From positions 3,383 through 67,382 of IMG/VR virus record IMGVR_UViG_3300033072_000338: 64,000 nt of DNA; one strand, given 5' to 3'. The stretch comes from a virus. Lineage: Duplodnaviria > Caudoviricetes. Below are positions 58,125 to 64,000 of this stretch, in pieces. The position numbers and the translations under genes were made by a program. A model generated the notes under the pieces. The model saw nothing but the letters and a program-made list of their open reading frames with translations. It made no database searches and was not told the origin of the DNA. Numbering within the stretch: position 1 is the first letter of the stretch; every line of letters begins with the position of its first letter.

Positions 58125-59029
58125 GGTGTGTAACCTGTCTGTTGTAGTGACTTGCTGTATTTACGGTTGAGCTCAGCGAATGGGGTCTTCAGGTCGAGCT
58201 CAACAACCTTTGGCAAGCGCGTCATCTTGTGGAGTTCCATGAACTCAGCCAGGAACTTCTCAGTGCGCTTCACGTTGGGCCTGGTGAAGGTCTTCCTGAG
58301 CGTGAAGCCGCCTCCGTGGTTGCCAGTGTATTCCAGGTCGTGGATATAGCCGGGGAACTGCTTGGCCATGACCATCGCCGAGTAGACGATGAGCTCAGGC
58401 GTCCGGTATTTGTTGGTGCCGGAATGGCGCAGCTTCTGGTTGTCACGCATCGAATAGGCGACCCTAGCATTCGTCACGACTTCACCCCCAGACAGGATGC
58501 ACTGTAGAGGCATTGAGATGTCCGTGAAGAAGAACGCGTGGTACGTGAGCTTCGGTCGCTTAGCCTTTTCGGCAAAGCCAGCAAAGCAGAATGGAACGGC
58601 TCCGTGCTCCAGCTCACCAGTCTCGAGAATGCGCTTGGAGGCCATGAATGTGTTGGTGGCACCGGCGACCAGGGCAGAACCGAGATTATCGAATATGGAC
58701 TCCACCCCCCTGGTGAACCGTGTGGGCATCGACTTTGCAGGCACGTACTTGCTCTGCTTCGCGGACCAGGTGGAAAGCCCAAGGTCATCGTCGAGAACAA
58801 GGTAAGGTTCGTCCACGTTCTCATACAGATATCTGCGCTTCTTTGGGATGCAGTCGATATGGGTCGGCCAGCATTCGATAGTGGCCCCTGCGTATTGAGC
58901 ACTGCTCTTGTAGAGCTTGTACTGATCCTTCGGTACCCACACCTCCACGGAAGACTTCAGATTGTCGGGCAACGACTCGAAGGTGGGGGCGTAGTCTTGT
59001 CGGTCGCGACTTGTGATGATGAGTTTCAT
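58121..59029 (-). CDS. GT-A fold glycosyltransferase (phage DNA glycosyltransferase-like)
   Basis: IITSRDR start, VWVP..QY..Y, IPKKRRYL, YLVLDDDL (DxD), later D...LQ.I..G. ATGA-coupled. Confidence 0.7.
   Translation of the reverse strand: MKLIITSRDRQDYAPTFESLPDNLKSSVEVWVPKDQYKLYKSSAQYAGATIECWPTHIDCIPKKRRYLYENVDEPYLVLDDDLGLSTWSAKQSKYVPAKSMPTRFTRGVESIFDNLGSALVAGATNTFMASKRILETGELEHGAVPFCFAGFAEKAKRPKLTYHAFFFTDISMPLQCILSGGEVVTNARVAYSMRDNQKLRHSGTNKYRTPELIVYSAMVMAKQFPGYIHDLEYTGNHGGGFTLRKTFTRPNVKRTEKFLAEFMELHKMTRLPKVVELDLKTPFAELNRKYSKSLQQTGYTP
58158..58164 (-). promoter_or_regulatory. GTAAATA promoter-like motif
   Basis: Minus-strand heptamer 33 nt upstream of ATG 58124, inside the upstream gene. 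Confidence 0.55.
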
Positions 59030-59781
59030 ATGTGGGTTGGTTGGTTGACGGCCAGCCACTCGCGGTCGCTGTATGGGGCCGTGTTGATGTCTACAAGAGC
59101 TGCGAAGCCGGGATCCTTCAGGGCCTTGACTCGATACGAGTAGAAGTCCAGGCACTTCTGCAGATCAGCCCGTGTGTCGTGCATCGAATACCCGAAGACT
59201 TTGAAGTCCTTGTAGTACAGACGGTTGACCAGCCGAATCTGGTCTTCAGTAAGTGGTCGGTGTGGAGGGGACGGGCGCGAGTTGACGGTCAAGTCAATAT
59301 CGAGCCCAAGGGTCTTGTTTATGGTGGCAACATCGTGGTCGAGGCTTTCGTAGTGCCCGATCAGGTTTGCTCCGGCACCCGTGTTCGCGAAGAAGAGATG
59401 CTGGGGGCAGAAGTGAATGAATCGCCAGTCATAGAAGATGTTGCCCTCGGTCAGCAGGTGCTCGATCGGAATGCCGGCGAACTCCTGCCCATGTCGCCGA
59501 TTGAACTCGATGAGGGCCGAGGCGAATCTAGTGTAGGGGCTACGAACGAACCCGAAGGACGTGAACTCCGACGGGTCGATCTGCACCTTCTCGAACAGGT
59601 AGGGGAGTTGGCTAGCAGTCGGGTGAGCTAAGTCGATGACTCGGTGTTCGGGCGTGAAGAAGACTTGGTGCCAGAACTGGACACTCACGTCATGGTACTT
59701 CTCGAGCTGGTTGCGAATGGTCGTTCCTGACACCTTCGGGTTATGGATGAAGATGAACTTCTTGGCTTTTGAGATAATCAT
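59026..59781 (-). CDS. PAPS-dependent sulfotransferase (Sulfotransfer_2-like)
   Basis: 5'-PSB FIFIHNPKVSGTTI, 3'-PB FGFVRSPYTRFASA, HFCPQH, IGHYESL..D, YYKDFKVFGY. Confidence 0.88.
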   Translation of the reverse strand: MIISKAKKFIFIHNPKVSGTTIRNQLEKYHDVSVQFWHQVFFTPEHRVIDLAHPTASQLPYLFEKVQIDPSEFTSFGFVRSPYTRFASALIEFNRRHGQEFAGIPIEHLLTEGNIFYDWRFIHFCPQHLFFANTGAGANLIGHYESLDHDVATINKTLGLDIDLTVNSRPSPPHRPLTEDQIRLVNRLYYKDFKVFGYSMHDTRADLQKCLDFYSYRVKALKDPGFAALVDINTAPYSDREWLAVNQPTHI

Positions 59782-60850
59782 TTGCGTCCTTGAGTGCCAT
59801 TGCTACGACCTGATCCATGTCGTAGTATCGGTAGCTGCCGAGGCGACCACCGAAGATGATGTTGGGGAATTCGCGTGCTGCCTTGACCCTGTACAGTTCG
59901 TAGATAGACTGGTTGGCAGGATCATTCACAGGATAGTAGGGATGATCCCCCACCATCCAATCCTTCGGGAACTCCAGCGTCTGGGTCGTCATGTCTCGCA
60001 TGACTCGCGTTGCCTTGTAGAACTGCTGATGCTCGATAGTACGAGTATGTCCACCAGGATTCAAGTTGTTGACAACCGATGTGTCTTGCGTCCGACGGTA
60101 CACGTCCTGGAAGCGCAAACCACGGTAAGCCAGAGGCCCGAACTTGTACCCCAACAACTTGTCGATTTCACCGCTGTAGAAAGTGGTGACCTCGTCACAA
60201 TCTTCAATCACGAATGGTGTACGAAGATGCAGATGGATCTTGGGGTTGTCAAGCATCTGACCCACCATTCTGGTGTACCCCTTGTCAGGCATCCACTGGA
60301 ACTTCGCGTTGCGGAAGTACGTTTCGTCACCATCCAGACGGACTGGCAGGCGCTCGATGATTGAGGCTGGTAGTTCGGAGCACGGCCGACCCCATTGCTT
60401 CTCGGTGTAGTTCTTGACGTACACGGCATAGAGCTCCGGTCCGATGTTAGACAGGCACCACTCCTCAACGTTCTTAGGGTTGGGGTTCTTAGGCAGTGAA
60501 TCCACATATGCCTTGGCCTCTTCGGCCGTCTTAACCCCGAGGACCGCGCTGAAGGCGCGTAGGTTGAACGGGAGTGGAAAACGTTTCCCTGCCAAATCCC
60601 CTACGACTCGGTGTTCGTAGGGGATCGGATTGGTGAATCGACACAGGAACGTGTCCACCTTCTCACTGTTGGTATGGAAGATGTGCGCGCCGTGATAGCA
60701 GATAGGAACACCGTCAATCACGCGATCCGCGATGTTGCCCGCGATACGGCCACTAGCCTCCAGCAACAAGACCCCGATCCCGGCATCCGCCAGGACCCGA
60801 GCAACAGTGGCACCGTACAGCCCGGCACCCACGACACGAACAACTTTCAT
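59741..60850 (-). CDS. glf: UDP-galactopyranose mutase
   Basis: VVGAGLYG Rossmann motif, HGAHIFHT, YTEKQWG, YRGLRF, TRTIEH, PYYPVND, GRLGSYRYYDMDQ. Confidence 0.93.
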   Translation of the reverse strand: MKVVRVVGAGLYGATVARVLADAGIGVLLLEASGRIAGNIADRVIDGVPICYHGAHIFHTNSEKVDTFLCRFTNPIPYEHRVVGDLAGKRFPLPFNLRAFSAVLGVKTAEEAKAYVDSLPKNPNPKNVEEWCLSNIGPELYAVYVKNYTEKQWGRPCSELPASIIERLPVRLDGDETYFRNAKFQWMPDKGYTRMVGQMLDNPKIHLHLRTPFVIEDCDEVTTFYSGEIDKLLGYKFGPLAYRGLRFQDVYRRTQDTSVVNNLNPGGHTRTIEHQQFYKATRVMRDMTTQTLEFPKDWMVGDHPYYPVNDPANQSIYELYRVKAAREFPNIIFGGRLGSYRYYDMDQVVAMALKDANDYLKSQEVHLHP

Positions 60851-60859
60851 ACTCGTCCT

Positions 60860-62212
60860 TCACTTCTTCTTGACCTTCTTAGGGTAACCGTCAGGTCCAA
60901 ACCTATTTATGGCTGCCTTGATTGTTGGCGTCGGCTTCCCTTCGAGCTTGAGGTCGCGAGCCGCCTCGATAGCAGGGGTAGTTTCTCCCATCTCCAGCTT
61001 CTTGTAGATGCCACAAGGCTTCTGCTCAGCCAGCTTCAGGAAGTCGAGGCTACACTTGCGATAGTCGAAATACGGGAAGACGTGCTTGCGGCCGTAGTCG
61101 ATGATGGCCATGGCATCATCCTCGTGCATATTCGCCACCTCGTCGATCAGCTCGGCCAGTTCCCTCGGGGTAGCCTTGTGCGAGATCTCGATGTGAGTCT
61201 TGCCCGGCTTGAAGATCTGGCGCGGGGTGTTCGTGTCCCGCATGTTCATATCCACACAGATCGGCACGACCCCGTTGTTGTAGCCCTCGATGATTGAGCG
61301 GTTGAAGTGGTTGCCCAGATTGTTGAACGTGTCGGAGAACGACATGTCCACCATGACCCGGGAGTTCTGGTAGATCTTGAAGAGACGTGATGGAACAAGC
61401 AGTCCCTTATACGCAAAACGACCGCTCTCTTCGGCGGCCTTCCACAACCCCTGGTACTCCTTGGGGCACTTTTCCTTGCTCTGCATGTAGCGTCGCTCGA
61501 TCCCGTCACCGGCCATGATGACCTTGCTCCTCTTTAGCAGAGGCGCAGCTTTCACGACCCAGTCCTGGTGCTTCCAAGCCTTCCACATATGGGCGGCGAC
61601 GCCGACCTTACGTCGTTCCTTCCATGTTGGAAGGTTGTCCCAATCCAGCACCGGATGCGGTGCACCGATGAACGATCGCAAGCCCGGATACCACTTCAGG
61701 CCGTTGTAGCCAGCGGGGTTCGTACACGACACGCCCTTGATGTACTTGGCGATGTCGATGATGTGGGGATACATATTGCGGAAGTGGGCATCGTGGACCA
61801 CAATGATCTGCGGTGTCTTGATGCGATAGATCTTCTTCCAGTAGCCTTCGGGATCCGGGGGGTTTGGGCCCGGGATCTCGTGGAAGATCACATCGTACTT
61901 GGAAGCCATGGACTTCCAACGCTCGATCCCCTCATCGGTTGTATAGCCGATGACCGGGATGTTGTACCAGCCCATCGCGGTGTTGGCAAGGATCTGTTTG
62001 CCTTTGTACTTGCCGAAGTTCGAGTCGTAGGTGCCCTCAGGGCCACCGTCGAGCAACGTCTTTTTCAAGCCAAACGCGATCTTGGAAGGCCGCAGGCAGA
62101 CGATGCCGACCTGATGACCGGCCTCCTTGAGACCTCGGCATTTCAGCTCCAGGTCGGCGGTGATACCGCCGAAGTCCAGGATGTCAAAGATTGTGAAGAG
62201 TATGCGGGCCAT
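60860..62212 (-). CDS. GT-B fold glycosyltransferase
   Basis: DFGGI...L..AGHQV N-terminal motif, VVHD, AGDG, F....IEG...G.VPI C-terminal motif. Confidence 0.72.
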   Translation of the reverse strand: MARILFTIFDILDFGGITADLELKCRGLKEAGHQVGIVCLRPSKIAFGLKKTLLDGGPEGTYDSNFGKYKGKQILANTAMGWYNIPVIGYTTDEGIERWKSMASKYDVIFHEIPGPNPPDPEGYWKKIYRIKTPQIIVVHDAHFRNMYPHIIDIAKYIKGVSCTNPAGYNGLKWYPGLRSFIGAPHPVLDWDNLPTWKERRKVGVAAHMWKAWKHQDWVVKAAPLLKRSKVIMAGDGIERRYMQSKEKCPKEYQGLWKAAEESGRFAYKGLLVPSRLFKIYQNSRVMVDMSFSDTFNNLGNHFNRSIIEGYNNGVVPICVDMNMRDTNTPRQIFKPGKTHIEISHKATPRELAELIDEVANMHEDDAMAIIDYGRKHVFPYFDYRKCSLDFLKLAEQKPCGIYKKLEMGETTPAIEAARDLKLEGKPTPTIKAAINRFGPDGYPKKVKKK

Positions 62213-62240
62213 TAGTAGAGCTCCTGGTTATGGTTGGGGT

Positions 62241-63215
62241 TCATGCGCCGAGCCCTGGCTTGTACGTGTTCTTCATGCGATCCCGGCGCCCGAGGGCCAT
62301 CCAGGCATGCTTCGAAAGCTCGCAGAGACTGTTGGACGCATTGGGGGCGGTCAGGGGGACGATGTGCGTCCTCATGTCCTTGACGTCGTCAGACCACCAG
62401 CGATGGGCGCTCAGCTCGTGGTTCAGGTCGTCACGGTAGCGAGTCAGGGCCTTGTCCATCTCCTCACCAGGGTTCAATTCGTAATCCTCGGTGATGAGGC
62501 GAATCCCCTTTTGGGTCCCTGGGCCTGGAGACCAGACTTCATTGAGATCAGCAGCACTGCGCAGGAACTTCGTGTAGGAAAGGTCGCACGCAGCTTGGTT
62601 AGCCATGAAGGCCCCAATGCCGTGGACCTGGCGGTAGGCGTCCATCATGCCACGGTACGATCCGCCATGCATGGCTTCTGCTAGAATCTTGCGCTTCGAC
62701 CATGCCTCTGGGATCAAGAAGTTTGCGATATAGTCGCCCTTGGTGCCGTCGATCTTCGGGAAGTCTTTCGGAAAGACGGTATTCACGATGTAGGCGCCGG
62801 TCACCAGTTGGCGCTTCTTGTCGTTCTTGATTTCCTTGAAAACTTTCCAGGCTGTGGCCTGTTGAGAAGAAGTACTGAAGTCAACGCCAGCAGACGTTAG
62901 GGCGTTCAACGTAGAAGGGAGGTTGATGACACGGCCGATCAAGGCGACAATCGCCAAGTTGGGGTTCGCTACCTGGGGGCGCACCCAATCACGCATGATG
63001 TCCACGGTCACACGGTCAAGCTCACGGTAGATATTGCAGAACCGATATGCCCGCAGGATCGGGTCGTTGGTCCAGGGGGCAGGCTCACCGGCAGCTTTTA
63101 GGATGTAGACACGATGGCGCTCAGCACAGAACCGGGCGGCTGCTTTGACGCGTGCCGAGTATCGGGTATTTTCCCAGTTGCAGCACAGATTCTCGAACAA
63201 GGGGATGGCAGTCAT
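62241..63215 (-). CDS. 5-hmdU DNA kinase / aGPT-Pplase helical-family protein
   Basis: ERH.VY..K.AGEPAPWTNDPILRAYRFCNIYRELDR, IGAFMA.Q.ACDL, GPGT.KG, N.LCE..K. Confidence 0.75.
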   Translation of the reverse strand: MTAIPLFENLCCNWENTRYSARVKAAARFCAERHRVYILKAAGEPAPWTNDPILRAYRFCNIYRELDRVTVDIMRDWVRPQVANPNLAIVALIGRVINLPSTLNALTSAGVDFSTSSQQATAWKVFKEIKNDKKRQLVTGAYIVNTVFPKDFPKIDGTKGDYIANFLIPEAWSKRKILAEAMHGGSYRGMMDAYRQVHGIGAFMANQAACDLSYTKFLRSAADLNEVWSPGPGTQKGIRLITEDYELNPGEEMDKALTRYRDDLNHELSAHRWWSDDVKDMRTHIVPLTAPNASNSLCELSKHAWMALGRRDRMKNTYKPGLGA

Positions 63216-63610
63216 AGGGATTCGTGTTTGAAGGTTGTTGGGTTGTAGACCACGTCGAGGACGGTGATCTCCAGGGTGGCGTCGTGGTTGAGAAGGCCAG
63301 TGATCTCGAACCTGTGCTCGTCCAGGAAGGCCCGGTGTGGTGGGTGGTATGAAGAGAAGATCCGGGTGTCACCGGGGATCGACGAACGATACGCAATGCT
63401 GGCGGATCGAAAGCCGAAAACACACGTATCGTTGAACCTCAGGTCGTGTTCGAGCAGAAGGTACGGGTCTCTCTGATACAGGGCCAGCCGTTGGCTTGGC
63501 AGCAGACGAGAAGGCCTGAACTCGTAAGACGTCCTGTGGAGCGTGTACTCCTTGGGTGCGTCACCATTCGCCAGTTGTTCCTCAAGGACTTGGTAGGGAT
63601 GGCGTGTCAT
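63212..63610 (-). CDS. Hypothetical protein
   Basis: 132-aa ORF with GAGGA RBS, ATGA-coupled to the hmdU kinase-like gene. Confidence 0.55.
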   Translation of the reverse strand: MTRHPYQVLEEQLANGDAPKEYTLHRTSYEFRPSRLLPSQRLALYQRDPYLLLEHDLRFNDTCVFGFRSASIAYRSSIPGDTRIFSSYHPPHRAFLDEHRFEITGLLNHDATLEITVLDVVYNPTTFKHESL

Positions 63611-63986
63611 TGGGTCCTCTAAAATTGATGCTCGCTCTATTTACGCTTTGGGCACGGTCCACGAAGTCTCTCAGCATACGTACCTCATCAGCAGTTGGGT
63701 TGAAGTTGGTACGCAGGTGAGTGCAGGCATCATTAGCCTGGGCGATGACCTTGTGGTTGGCCAGAGTACGTGGGATGTCATGATGTCGGCGCTCGGCGTA
63801 GATGAGAGTGAAGTTACCGTTGTCGATTACATTCACATAGCCCATCCCCTGATAGTCCATGAGCAGCCCGGACACCTCTTCCTCTGTTAACGGCCCAGAC
63901 ACAAAGGTAGTGTAGAGGCGGTCGGGCACCCTCACATGAACTGCTCTGCGGCTGACCTCGATACCTCTTTGGTCACCCGCTTCCAC
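63582..63986 (-). CDS. Hypothetical protein (start uncertain, near window edge)
   Basis: 134-aa ORF overlapping the downstream gene. Confidence 0.5.
   Translation of the reverse strand: MEAGDQRGIEVSRRAVHVRVPDRLYTTFVSGPLTEEEVSGLLMDYQGMGYVNVIDNGNFTLIYAERRHHDIPRTLANHKVIAQANDACTHLRTNFNPTADEVRMLRDFVDRAQSVNRASINFRGPNDTPSLPSP
63638..63644 (-). promoter_or_regulatory. GTAAATA promoter-like motif
   Basis: Minus-strand heptamer 27 nt upstream of ATG 63610. Confidence 0.55.
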
Positions 63987-64000
63987 AGCCGGTGCAGTTC

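Noticed and set aside
5750-59155. Longest-ORF starts in the supplied track (e.g. 5921, 7673, 8902, 9672, 43293, 55162, 59155)
   Set aside because: These extensions overlap neighbouring genes or regulatory sites. Downstream starts have an RBS or stop-start coupling and begin at the recognisable domain.
58121-62212. glf, glycosyltransferases and sulfotransferase as a captured host O-antigen/capsule locus
   Set aside because: No flippase, polymerase or transporter genes, and the genes are coupled to nucleotide-modifying enzymes. Not fully excluded: the target could still be a virion or host surface glycan.
1-64000. tRNA, rRNA or CRISPR arrays
   Set aside because: No cloverleaf/T-loop signature or regularly spaced direct repeats noticed by eye. 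tRNAscan-SE and a CRISPR finder would be needed to exclude them formally.

Overview
A 64-kb segment of a large lytic tailed-phage (contractile-tailed jumbo-type) genome. The gene content recalls phiRSL1-like jumbo phages, but this is an unverified impression. There are four blocks. (1) 0.2-5.8 kb, minus strand: tail fibre/appendage genes. (2) 5.9-19.5 kb, plus strand: replication/recombination operon (Cas4-like nuclease, clamp loader, dNMP kinase, SbcC/Rad50, beta-clamp-like protein, SF2 helicase, DnaB), closed by a bidirectional terminator. (3) 19.6-55.1 kb, almost all minus strand: morphogenesis genes (tube, sheath, capsid, decoration, scaffold, protease, neck), a 1655-aa SNF2-type helicase, NrdAB, homing endonucleases, a TopIB-like enzyme, and many small unrelated proteins sharing an N-terminal MK[IL]EAxxR[LI]xA leader. 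(4) 55.2-64 kb, minus strand: a tightly coupled operon with an HD nucleotidase, a dUMP-type thymidylate-synthase homolog, an APS-kinase-like protein, two glycosyltransferases, a sulfotransferase, UDP-galactopyranose mutase and a 5-hmdU-DNA-kinase-like protein. The two best candidates for undescribed systems are a DNA hypermodification pathway that may make a sulfated, furanose-glycosylated 5-hydroxymethyluracil, and a capsid-targeting/protease-cleaved leader that may load kinases, GNAT enzymes and other cargo into the head. A recurring GTAAATA promoter-like motif was also found. All functional calls come from motifs read by eye; no database searches were run.
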